Shown piece after piece: positions 45,166 to 57,500 of a stretch of DNA of 64,000 nucleotides; positions within the stretch are counted from its first letter, which is position 1, and every line of letters begins with the position of its first letter. Below the pieces are notes generated by a model. The model ran no database searches. It was not told the DNA's origin and was given only the letters and a program-made list of their open reading frames with translations. This DNA is from the human T2T-CHM13v2.0 reference genome, Homo sapiens, in NCBI RefSeq assembly GCF_009914755.1, contig NC_060941.1; one strand, written 5' to 3'. The translations under genes and the position numbers were made by a program.

Positions 45166-45635
45166 CTAATTTTTGTATTTTCAGTATAGACCAGGTTTTT
45201 TTTTTTTTTTTGACAGAGTTTCACTCTTGTCCCCCAGGCCAGACGGTGCAGTGGCATGATCTCAGCTCAATGCAACCTCTGCCTCCTCGGTTCAAGTGAT
45301 TCTTCTGCCTCAGACTTCCAAGTAGCTGGGATTACAGGCGCCTGCCACCACAGCCGGCTAATTTTTTGTATTTTTAGTAGAAACAGGGTTTTACCATGTT
45401 GGGCAGACTGGTCTCGAACTCCTGACCTTAGGTGATCTACCCTCTTCAGCCTCCCAAAGTGTGGAATTACAGGCATGAGCCAGAGCCTGGCCTCACCTGG
45501 CTAATTCTTTGTATATTTGAAGAGACGGGGTTTCACCATGTTGGCCAGGATGGTCTTGATCTCCTGACTTCGTGATCTGCTGGCCTCAGCCTCCAAAAGA
45601 ACTGGGATTAGAGGTGTGAGCCACTGCACCTGGCC
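45166..45635 (-). mobile_element. Compound Alu cluster (fragment + full Alu + extra arm)
   Basis: Short Alu piece 45166-45195, Alu 45196-45493, further arm 45494-45635. Confidence 0.85.
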
Positions 45636-46971
45636 TCAATGTAGCTTATTATCAAAGTATTTACATAGAAACATTAATCAAAGGGCACAAGCATTTCAAT
45701 ACTTAGGTTAAGATGAAATCTGTGGCCGGAAGAGTGCCAGACACACATGAAATGTTTTGTGCATGAAGGAACCACAACTTAAAATGATTTTCTGTTATTC
45801 GTTTTGGTATGTTATTTTGGAAATGTGATTAATCACGTATGTCAAGGACGTTGGGAAGAATTTCCAGATAGTCTGATATGCATGACATCTTAATCATACA
45901 ATATAAAGCAAGGCTATCTTAGGAAATTAGGTATCACTGCCAAGGACCTTTACATGAGAAGATAAATTAAAATTACTATTAAATTTGTAACAGTCAGATG
46001 GGCTGGCAGGCAAGTTGTGTCATTTTTTTCTTAGCATTTTTTCTTTTCCTTGATTCAATAAAACAAACTTAAACACCAGCTATCTGCAGAACCCTCACTA
46101 GACTAAGTTTAATGATATGTGAAACACAGCCTGCACACTCACAGATCCTTGCCACGTTCCGTTCCCATCCTCTCAAAACCTGTGTTACCCTGTGGCTAGA
46201 TATTTCAAGGAGTTGAAAGAGAGAGACGAATGAGAACCATCTTCTTTCAGGTCGCTCTGCACTGTTCTTGCAGGTAGACAATGATCTCTCCGGTGAGGCT
46301 ATTATCCTTGGCTGGGGGGTGAGGCCTTAATCCTAGAAAAGAGGCCTCTCAGGGTGGGGAGGTGATTTAAATTCTTTCAAGAGAGACGCAGCTCCCCACC
46401 TCATCTGGACCTTCACAAACCTAAACTGGAACCGCCAGAAAAATGACTGACAACGGGCCACACAAGCCAGGCAGAGACGCGGAGAGAGGCTGACCACAGG
46501 AAAGGTGGACGTAGAAGATACCGCCCTCTGGCACACAGGGCACATGTGTCCCAACACACACACACGCACACACAGACGGACACAGAGCTAAAGAGTGAGA
46601 AAGGGGGGAGAGAGAAACAAGAGAGAGACATACGCACACACACAAACGCACAAAGACATACAGCAGTGGCACGGTAACACCTACCCCCAGGCAGCCCCTG
46701 AATTTTCAGGGTTCTGCTCTCCACGACTACAACCCACTGGTGAGAGAGCAGCCCACGGGCACACAAGCAAACCTCTCCTTTTTTGAAGAGACTCACTGGC
46801 ACACCGTCCGTGCAGGCCTGAGGCTGGGAACCCGCGCTGCTTCCCTGGCCCTCCGCCCGCAGTTTCTTCCTCCTGGACGACCCTCCGTGAATCCCGGCCT
46901 CCAGAGACTATCCTGTTGATGCCCTGGCCAGGACTGGTCTCAGTCCCGACTCTGACTAATCCCTCTAGTCT

Positions 46972-47114
46972 CAGGTACTCGGGAGGCGGAGGCAAGAGAA
47001 TCACTTGAACCCGGGCGGCAGAGTTTGCAGTCAGCTGAGATCCCGCCACTGCATTCGACTGAGTGACAGAGTGAGACTCCGACTATAAAAAAAGAAAAAG
47101 AAAGAAAAGAAAAA
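46972..47114 (+). mobile_element. Alu right-arm fragment inside a degenerate SST1 monomer
   Basis: tactcgggaggcggaggcaagagaatcacttgaacccgggcggcagag...gagactcc plus A-rich tail. Confidence 0.88.
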
Positions 47115-50100
47115 TGACCGCGGAGCGGCGGCTGCGGGGACTGGGGCGGCGGCGGGTGAAGTGAAGATTGGGAGAGGGCCCTCGTCCACCCTCCCCGAAT
47201 CCAGGCCTGAGGCTGGGATCTCGCGCTGCCGCCCTGGCGATCCGCCTGAGGTTTCTTCCTTCTGAGGTTTCTTCCTGGTGGTCGACCCTCCGAGAATCCC
47301 AGGCTCCGGAGACCATCCTCTTAATGCCCTGGCCAGGACTGCTCTCAGACCCGACTCTGACGCACAATCACACGGGGCTCCTACTTCGCAAAGTCTCAGG
47401 GACCCATCCTCGGGCAACAGTGGCAATCACTACGACCAAAGCGGAGGTTCAGGCCTTGTGCATGCGCACTGGCGAGGCCGAATCCCCGCTTGCTCCGGAG
47501 TCAGGCGGCGGGTCCTTTAAAAAATGGCGGCGACGCGCGGCTGAGGGGACTGGGGACTGGGGCAGCGGTGGCGGCGGCAGCGCAGTCCGAGGCGGCGGGT
47601 GGGAAGAGGACTACGAGAGGGTCCTGCAGGAGGCCCAAGGTTTGGACCCATAGAGGTCCTGTCATCAGGACCTTCTTGATCGGTCTTCTGCTTCGGTTCC
47701 CAGTGGAGGAGGAGCTTCAGGGTGCGGCTGGGCTCTCTGGACTCCTCTTCAGATCTGACTATGGATCCCACGGGGTGATCAGGAATGGGGTTACAATGCA
47801 GTGAGGCGGGAAGGGTCTCGCTGGGGCACAGAAAGATCCTAAGGGCTGCAAGGCATACTGTCAGCTGAAAATGCACTGATCCATGAGCCCACTGCCTCCC
47901 TCCTTCCTAGGTGGAGCTGTGGCCTGACTTCATCTCCAAGGTTCGGGGCTCTGGCATCCTGACACTGCTTTCCACGACATGTGCAAGGAGAGACAGAGGC
48001 GAGTCCGAGATGGAGCCAATGTGACCACACGTGGCACTAATGTTCCCCAAGAGCAGATGGAGTCAGTGTGTGTCTTTGAGGCTGTATGGGGCGATGCTGA
48101 GACAGATAGTGACATCCAGGTGTGCACAGGTGGGTCGCTGGGACCTCCCACACAAAGCCAAGGAAAAGCCAAGCACACTAGAAAACCTGTGAGACAGGGC
48201 CTGTGCCTGAGTCCAAGCCACATTCAGGGATGACTGCCAGAGGGGCCAAGAGGTTTCAACAAATGACACCACACCGACATTCCGCCACCGGTAGGTACCC
48301 CTGATGCCACCTCCCCTGCACCCAGAAAAACCCAGTCCGTTTGGCTCCCTGACATCCGTGGCAGCCAAAAGATTCAGTGCTTGGAGGCACTTTCCCCAGG
48401 AGCAGAGGAACCAGATGGCCTTCAGGAATGAGAGAGGAAGGGCAGGTGGGATGCAACACTAACTTTTCTAGAAGGCAAAGGTCAGCCACGGTGGGGTTGC
48501 CTCCCGCCCTTCCTGGACTGACCACAAAGCCATCATTGGGACATGCAGACAAAGGGAGCTCCCCTGTCCAAGACAGGTATGGAAGCCCAGAACTCCAGGA
48601 TCATCATACCCTATCATCCAGAAATAGGTTTGGAGAGGGAAGCAATCATAAAAGGGACCCCAATGAAATTTCTCCCTAATGGACTGGGAAGTGTTCTTTG
48701 TTGAAGACATTGAGCCAGACTAAGAAGCCTCTAGGCTTCACAGGAACTGGGCAGACAGAGCAAGAGGGAGGACAGAGCAGAGGCCAATGCCACAGCACAA
48801 TGCCACTATCACGGACATCTGGGAGAAAGTGCCAAATGGGTGACTTGGCAGGAAGGCCAGCGTTTGAGTGACAGACATGTTTGCCCCATCTTGTAGCCAG
48901 CTTCCTTCTCCGTCCCAGTGTATAGCTGTGGGTAGATTTCTCAATGAGGGCAAAGGGTGAGAGGAGTGAGAACCATCTTCTTGAAGGTCTGTGGGCACTG
49001 TCCTGCGGGTGGACAATGAGCACCTGTGAGGCCTTTGTCCTTGGCTGGGGTGCAGTCGTCTTGATCCTAGCAAGGAGGCAACACAGGATGGGAAGGGTAT
49101 TAAAACTCCTGCAAGACAGGCCGGAGGCACAAAGCCCCTTCACTGAAGCACAGCCATGGAGAACTCCTTCTATGCCAAAATTCAGGGACTGGATATCAAG
49201 ACAACAGTGGAAATCACTGTGACGAGACAATCAGCTAGAGCCTCGTGGAGGCACATTGGCTAGGCCGACTAAAGCTCCGGTGCTGGAAGTCAGGCTGCTG
49301 CCCCTTGAAACAATGGCTACTGCGCGGTAGCAGAGGGGCTCCTGTTGCAGCCTCGGCAGTGACTGGATCCGAGGTCCAGTTTGCGGTGGCGTGGGAGAGG
49401 GTACCGCGGGTGTGCTGTCCTGGGGCCAAACCCCCAGGAGTCCTGTCGTCAGGACCTCCTTGAACCAACTCCCACCAAGGGAGCGGGAGCTTTGGGATGC
49501 CTGCTGGGTTCTTGGGACTCCCCTTCAGATCCAATCTGGGCCCCCTCCGAGTGAGATAGGATGGGCTCACCATATCTGGTGAGACAGGCAGGGCCTAGCT
49601 GCAGCACAGAATGATCCCATGGGTCTTACGGCGTGGTGTCAGTTGAAAATTCACTGATCCATCAGCCCTCTGCCTCCCTCCTCCTTTGAAAGAGCACTGG
49701 CCTGCCCGGCTTCTAAAAGCCCTGGGGCTCCGGAAGGCCGACCGCAATTTACAGGACACGTGCAAACAGGAACGGGGCGAACCCCAGGTGGAGACCATGC
49801 GATGACGCGTGGCACTGGCCCATCCCACAGCAGATGGCGTGAATGTGTGTAACCAGAGGAATGTGGGGCGAAGCCAAAACAAACGGTGGTGTCTAGGCAT
49901 GTGCCCAGTGGAAGGGGGGAACAAGTGACATTTCCATCACAGCAATGAAAAATTAAAGAACACCTGTGAACCAGGAGGGGGCTTGTGACTGACCGGAGCC
50001 AAATTTTGAAATTCCTGCCAGAGGAGCAAAGAGGTTTCCGCAAAATTCAACCCACCGCCAAAGCTCCATCGCCCAGGTAGCCCTCACACAACGTACCCTG

Positions 50101-50950
50101 CACCAAGCCCCAGCCCCAGCACCAGCCGCAGCCCCAGACCCAGCCCCAGACCCAGCCCAGTCCCCTTGGTTCCCTGACATCCGTTACGGCTAAAAGATCC
50201 AGGGAGTCAGTCCACCCAGGAGCAGAGGAGAGGATGTCCCTCAAGAGTGAGACAGGAAGTGCAGAGGAAATGCTACACCACCTGTCCTAGAAGACAAGGC
50301 CAGTCACGGTCGCCTAGCACTCATTCTAGGCAATCCACCCACCCATGAGGGGAAACACGGAGAACAAGCAAGCTTTCCTGTCTGAGACACTTATGGGAGC
50401 AAAGAGCTCAATGGTCACGAGATCTGCCCAATCAAGCAGAAACAGGTTTGCAGAGAGAAGCAATCATTACAGGGATCTCCAGGAAAAGTCTCCCTGACAG
50501 ACTGGGAAGTCAAGCACTGGGAAGTCCCTGACGGACAGGGAAGACATGTGGCCAGAGTGAGAGGCATCTAGGCCAGGGGAGACAGAGCAAGAGGGAGGAC
50601 AGAGCAGAGGGAGGACAGAGCAAGAGGGAGGACAGAGCAGAGGCCGAAGCCCAGGCAGGATATAGCACCATGTCACTGCCACGGGCATAAGGGGAGGGGT
50701 TCCAAAAGGGTGGCTTGTCCAGAGAGGCCAGCATTCCAGTGACAGGGATTGTTGCCATCTCCCATTTCTGGCTTCCTCTTGCAGACTGTATCATGCTGTG
50801 GCTTCATTTCCCACAGAAGAGCAGTGAAAAGATAAAATCATCTTCTCTGACGTGGGTCCGCTCCTCCCCTGCGGGACAAAGAACTCCTGTGGGGCTCTTG
50901 TACTCGGCTGCAGTGTGTTCATCTTGATACTAGAAAAGAGGCTGCTCAGG

Positions 50951-51580
50951 ATGGGGAGGAGATTTCAATTGCTCCGGGACCGATGCATCTCCTCACGTGG
51001 GTCTGGTCTTCACACACAAAAAGCAGCTCCGCGGTGGCGAAAACGATTGACAACCAGCCTCATGAGCCAGGCAGAAACGCAGAAAGAGGCTCACCAAAGG
51101 CTGGCCGCCATGCGAGAAATCGCTTTGTGGCACACAGGGCACATTCGGCTGAAGACACACATGCACACGGACACAAACACACAAACCGGCAGAGAGAGGG
51201 AAAGAAACACACAGAGACTGAGAGACAGAGAGAGAAGAGAGAACGGAAGACACACACACACACCCACACACAGACAGAAACACACACAGTCATACAGCAG
51301 ACGCATTGAAACACACACCACTAGGCAACCCCTGAGGCTGCGGGGTTCGGCTCTCGACGAGAACGACCCTCCGGTGAGACAGCAGCCAAGGGGCATGCTG
51401 GCCGACCTGTCCTCGACATCACAGCGGCATGAATTTTGGGGAGACTCACCCCAACACCGTCTGGGCAGGCATGAGGCTGGGATGCCGTGCTGCTTCCCCT
51501 GGACTCCGCCTGGGGTTTCCTCATCCTGGTCGGCCCTTTGTGACTCCTGGCATCCGGAGACGTTGCCGTCGATCCCATGA
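50951..51580 (+). other. FAM27D/E-like ORF (209 aa from ATG), probably non-coding and satellite-derived
   Basis: MGRRFQLLRDRCISSRG...RERERNTQRLRDRERRENGRHTHT...ETHTTRQPLRLRGSA resembles annotated FAM27 proteins; it reads through (CA)/(GA) repeats. Confidence 0.7.
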
Positions 51581-54500
51581 AGAGGTCAGGCCGGAGCCTC
51601 AGCGCCCGGACACCCAAGCACTGCAAAGGAGGTCTCCTGCTGTGCCAAGCCTCAGGGACTGGTTTCTAAGACAACCGTGGGAAGCACTGTGACAGGAGAA
51701 GCCGCTCGCGCCTCGCGCATGCGCATTGGCTGGGCCCACAGGCGCTGCACTCCAGGTAGCCAGGCTGCGTCTACTTTAAATAACGCCACCTCTGTGCGGC
51801 GGCAACGAGGCTCCTGCTGCAGCCGCGGCGGGGGCTGAATCCGGGGTCCAGTTTGGGGTGGCGTGGCAGAGGGGGCCGCGAGTGTCCTGTCCCAGGGCCA
51901 AACCACCAGGAGTCCTGTCCTCAGGACCTCCTTGAGCCGACTTCTACCCAGGGAGGGGGAGCTTCAGGAAGCCTGCTGGGTTCTCGGGACTCCTCTTCAG
52001 ATCCGATATAAACGCACTCTGAGAGAGATAGGATGGGCTCACCACAACTGGTGAGGCAGGCAGGGCCTCGCTGCAGCACAGAATGATCCCATAGGTCTCA
52101 AGGAGAAGTGTCAGGTGAAAATTCACTGATGCATCAGCCCTCTGCCTCCCTCCTACTTTGAAAGAGCAGTGGCCTGTCCCGCTTCTAAAAGCCCTGGGGC
52201 TCCGGAAGGGCGACCGCAATTTACAGGACACGGGCAAACAGGAACAGGGGCGAAACCGAGAGGGAGACCATATGACCACGCGTGGCACTGGCGTATCCCA
52301 CAACAGATGGTTTGCATGTGTGTCACCGGAGGCATATGGGGCGACGGGGAAACAAACGGTGGTGTCCAGGCATGCGCCGGTGGAAGGGGAGAACGAGTGA
52401 CCTTTCCATCAATGCCAAGGAAAATCACAGAACACCTGGGACACGGGGGGTCGGGGGCCTGTGCCTGACAAAAGGCACGTCTTCAAATGTCTACCAGAGG
52501 AGCAAAGAGGTTCTGCTCTCCACGCGAAGGACCATGGGGTGAGAGAGCAGCCCAGGGGCACGCAGGGGGACCTGTCCTCAAGATCACGGCGGCACGATTT
52601 TGGGGAGACTCTCGCTAAGACCGTCTGCGCAGGCCTGGGGCCGGGATGCCGTGCTGCTTCCCATGGACTCTGTCTGGGGATTCCTCATCCTGGTCGGCCC
52701 TTTGCGACTCGCGGCATCCGGAGACGTTGCCGTCGACCCGGTGGAGAGGTCAGGCCGGAGCCTCAGAGCCCCGACACCCAAGCACTGCCACGGAGGGCTC
52801 CTGCTGTGCCAAGCCTCAGGGACTGGTTTCTGAGACAACCGTGGGAAGCACTGTGACCGGAGAAGCCGCTCGCGCCTCGCGCATGTGCATTGGCTAGGCC
52901 GACTGGCACTGCGCTCGAGGCAGTCAGGCTGCGTCCCCTTTAATTAACACCACCACTGCGCGGCGGTAGCGAGGCTCCTGCTGCAGCCGCGGCGGCGGGA
53001 TCCAGGGTCCAGTTTGGGGCGGCATGGGAGACGGGGCCACCAGTGTCCTGTCCCAGGGCCAAACCCCCAGAAGTCCTGTCCTCAGGAGCTCCTTAAGCCA
53101 ACTTCCACCCAGGGAGAGGGAGCTTTAGGACGCCTGCTGTGTTCTCCGGACTCCCCTTCAGATCCGATTTTGGCCACCTCCAAGTGAGATAGGATGGGCC
53201 CACCGTATCTGTTGAGGCAGGCAGGACCTCGCTGCAGCACGGAATGATCCCACAGGTCTCAAGTAGTAGTGTCAGCGGAAAATTCACTGATCCACCAGTC
53301 CTCTTCTTCCCTTTTCCTTTGAAAGAGCAGTGGCCTGTCCCGCTTCTAAAAGCCCTGGGGCTCCGGAAGGCCGACTGCGCTTTACAGGACACGTGCAAAC
53401 AGGAACAGGGGCGAATCCGAGGTGGAGACCATGTGACCACGCATGGCACTGGCTTATCTCACAGCAGATGGTGTGATTGTGTGTCACCCGAGGCATATGG
53501 GGCGACGGCGAAGAAAACGGTGGTGTCCAGGCGTGGTCCGGTAGAAGGGTGGTACGAGTGACCTTTCAACCAATGTCAAGGAAAATCAAAGAACACCTGG
53601 GACCCGTGGGGTTGGGGGCCTGTGCCTGACCCAAGACACGTTTTCAAATGCCTACCAGAGGAGCAAAGAGGTTCTTCTGTCCACGAGATCCAACCTCGGG
53701 TGAGAGAGCAGCCCAGGGACACGCAGGCCAACCTCTCCTCGTGATCACGTCGACACGACTTTTGGGAAGACTCTCGCCAGCACCATCTGGGCAGGCCTGA
53801 GGCTGGGATGCCGCGCTGCTTCCCCTGGACTCCGCCTGGGCTTTCCTCCTCCTGGTCGGCCCTTTGCGACTCGCGGCATCTGGAGACTTTGCCGTCGACC
53901 CGGTGGAGAGGTCAGGCCGGAGCCTCAGAGCCCCGACACCCAAGCAGTGCCACGGAGGGCTCCTGCTGTGCCAAGCCTCAGGGACTGGTTTCTAAGACAA
54001 CCGTGGGAAGCACTGTGACAGGAGAAGCGGCTCGCGCCTCGAGCATGCGCATTGGCTGGGCCGACTGGTGCTGCGCTCGAGGCAGTCAGGCTGCGTCCCC
54101 TTTAATTAACGCCACCGCTGCGCGGCGGCAGCGAGGCTCCTGCTGCAGCCGCGGTAGCGGCTGGATCCAGGGTCCAGCATGGGGCGGCATGGGAGACGGG
54201 GCCGCGAGTGTCCTGTCCCAGGGCCAAACCCCCAGAAGTCCTGTCCTCAGGAGCTCCTTGAGCCAACTTCCACCCAGGGAGAGGGAGCTTCAGGACGCCT
54301 GCTGTGTTCTCCGGACTCCCTTTCAGATCCGATTTTGGCCACCTCCAAGTGAGATAGGATGGGCCCACCATATCTGTTGAGGCAGGCAGGACCTCGCTGC
54401 AGCATGGAATGATCCCACAGGTCTCAAGCAGTAGTGTCAGCGGAAAATTCACCGATCCATCAGTCCTCTTCTTCCCTCTTCCTTTGAAAGAGCAGTGGCC

Positions 54501-57500
54501 TGTCCCGCTTCTAAAAGCCCTGGGGCTCCGGAAGGCCGACTGGGCTTTACAGGACACGTGCAAACAGGAACAGGGGCGAATCCGAGGTGGAGACCATGTG
54601 ACCATGCGTGGCACCGGCGTATCTCAGAGCAGATGGTGTGAATGTGTGTCACCCGAGGCATACGGGGCGACGGCGAAAAAAGCAGTGGTGTGCAGGCATG
54701 TTCCGGTGGAAGGGGGGAACGAGTGACATTTCCACCAATGCCAAGGAAAGTCAAAGAACACCTGGGACCCGTGGGGTGGGTGGTCTGTGCCTGACCCAAG
54801 ACACGTTTTCAAATGCCTACCAGAGGAGCAAAGAGGTTCTGCTCTCCACGAGAACCACCCTCGTGTGAGAGAGCAGCCCAGGGACACGCAGGCTGACCTC
54901 TCCTCGAGATCACGGCGACACGACTTTTGGGAAGACTCTCGCCAACACCGTCTGGGCAGGCCTGAGGTTGGGATCCCGTGCTGCTTCCCCTGGACTCCGC
55001 CTGGGGTTTCCTCCTCCTGGTCGGCCCTTTGCGACTCGCGGCATCCGGAGACGTTGACGTCGACCCGGTGGAGAGGTCAGGCCGGAGCCTTAGAGCCCCG
55101 ACAAGCAAGCACTGCCACGGAGGGCTCCTGCTGTGCCAAGCCTCAGGGACTGGTTTCTAAGACAAGCGTGGGAAGCACTGTGAACGGAGAAGCCCCTCGC
55201 GCCTCGCGCATGAGCATTGGCTGGGCCGACTGGCGCTGCGCTCCGGGCAGTCAGGCTGCGTCCGCTTTAATTAACGCCACCGCTGCACGGCGGCAGTGAG
55301 GCTCCTGTTGCAGCCGCGGCGGCGGCTGGATCCAGGGTCCAGTTTGGGGCGGCATGGCAGAGGGGGCCGCGAGTGTCCTGTCCCAGGGCCAAACCCCAGA
55401 AGTCCTGTCCTCAGGAGCTCCTTGAGCCGACTTCCACCCAGGGAGAGGGAGCTTCAGGACGCCTGCTGTGTTCTGCGGACTCCCTCTCAGATCCGATTTT
55501 CGCCCCCTCCGAGTGAGATAGGGTGGGCTCACCACATCTGTTGAGGCAGCCAGGACCTCGCTGCAGCACGGAATGATCCCACAGGTCTCAAGCAGTAGTG
55601 TCAGCGGAAAATTCACCGATCCATCAGTCCTCTTCTTCCCTCTTCCTTTGAAAGAGCAGTGGCCTGTCCCGCTTCTAAAAGCCCTGGGGCTCCGGAAGGC
55701 CGACTGGGCTTTACAGGACACGTGCAAACAGGAACTGGGGTGAATCCGAGGTGGAGACCATGTGACCATGCGTGGCACTGGCGTATCTCACAGTAGATGG
55801 TGTGAATGTGTTTCACCGGAGGCATATGGGGCGACGGCAAAAAAAACAGTGGTGTGCAGGCATGCTCCGGTGGAAGGGGGGAACGAGTGACATTTCCACC
55901 AATGCCAAGGAAAATCAAAGAACACCTGGGACCCGTGGGGTGGGTGGTCTGTGCCTGACCCAAGACACGTTTTCAAATGCCTACCAGAGGAGCAAAAAGG
56001 TTCTGCTCTCCACGAGAACCACTCTCGTGTGAGAGAGCAGACCAGGGACACGCAGGCCGACGTCTCCTCGAGATCACGGCGACACGACTTTTGGGAAGAC
56101 TCTCGCCAACACCGTCTGTGCAGGCCTGAGGCTGGGATGCCGCGCTGCTTCCCCCGGACTCCGCCTGGGCTTTCCTCGTCCTGGTCGGCCCTTTGCCACT
56201 CACGGCATCTGGAGACTTTGCGGTCGACCCGGTGGAGAGGTCAGGCCGGAGCCTCAGAGTCCCGACACCCAAGCACTGCCACGGAGGTCTACTGCTGTGC
56301 CAAGCCTCAGGGACTGGTTTCTAAGACAACCGTGGGAAGCACTGTGACAGGAGAAGCGGCTCGCGGCTCGCGCATGCGCATTGGCTGGGCCGACTGGCGC
56401 TGCGCTCCGGGCAGTCAGGCTGCGTCCCCTTTAATTAACGCCACCACTGCACGGCGGCAGCGAGGCTCCTGCTGCAGCGGCGGCGGCGGCTGGATCCAGG
56501 GTCCAGTTTGGGGCGGCATGGCAGAGGGGGCCACGAGTGTCCTGTCCCAGGGCCAAACCCCCAGAAGTCCTGTCCTCAGGAGCTCCTTGAGCCAACTTCC
56601 ACCCAGGGAGAGGGAGCTTCAGGACGCCTGCTGTGTTCTCCGGACTCCCCTTCAGATCCGATTTTGGCCACCTCCAAGTGAGATAGGATGGGCCCACCAT
56701 ATCTGTTGAGGCAGGCAGGACCTCGCTGCAGCATGGAATGATCCCACAGGTCTCAAGCAGTAGTGTCAGCGGAAAATTCACTGATCCATCAGTCCTCTTC
56801 TTCCCTCTTCCTTTGAAAGAGCAGTGGCCTGTCCCGCTTCTAAAAGCCCTGGGGCTCCGGAAGGCCGACTGGGCTTTACAGGACACGTGCAAACAGGAAC
56901 AGGGGCGAATCGGAGGTGGAGACCATGTGACCATGCGTGGCACTGGTGTATCTCACAGCAGATGGTGTGAATGTGTTTCACCGGAGGCATACGGGGCGAC
57001 GGCGAAAAAAACAGTGGTGTGCAGGCATGCTCCGGTGGAAGGGGGGAACGAGTGACATTTCCACCAATGCCAAGGAAAGTCAAAGAACACCTGGGACCCG
57101 TGGGGTCGGTGGTCTGTGCCTGACCCAAGACACGTTTTCAAATGCCTACCAGAGGAGCAAAGAGGTTCTGCTCTCCACGAGAACCACCCTCGTGTGAGAG
57201 AGCAGCCCAGGGACACGCAGGCTGACCTCTCCTCGAGATCACGGCGACACGACTTTTGGGAAGACTCTCGCCAACACCGTCTGGGCAGGCCTGAGGTTGG
57301 GATCCCGTGCTGCTTCCCCTGGACTCCGCCTGGGGTTTCCTCCTCCTGGTCGGCCCTTTGCGACTCGCGGCATCCGGAGACGTTGACGTCGACCGGGTGG
57401 AGAGGTCAGGCCGGAGCCTCAGAGGCCCGACACCCAAGCACTGCCACGGAGGTCTACTGCTGTGCCAAGCCTCAGGGACTGGTTTCTAAGACAAGCGTGG

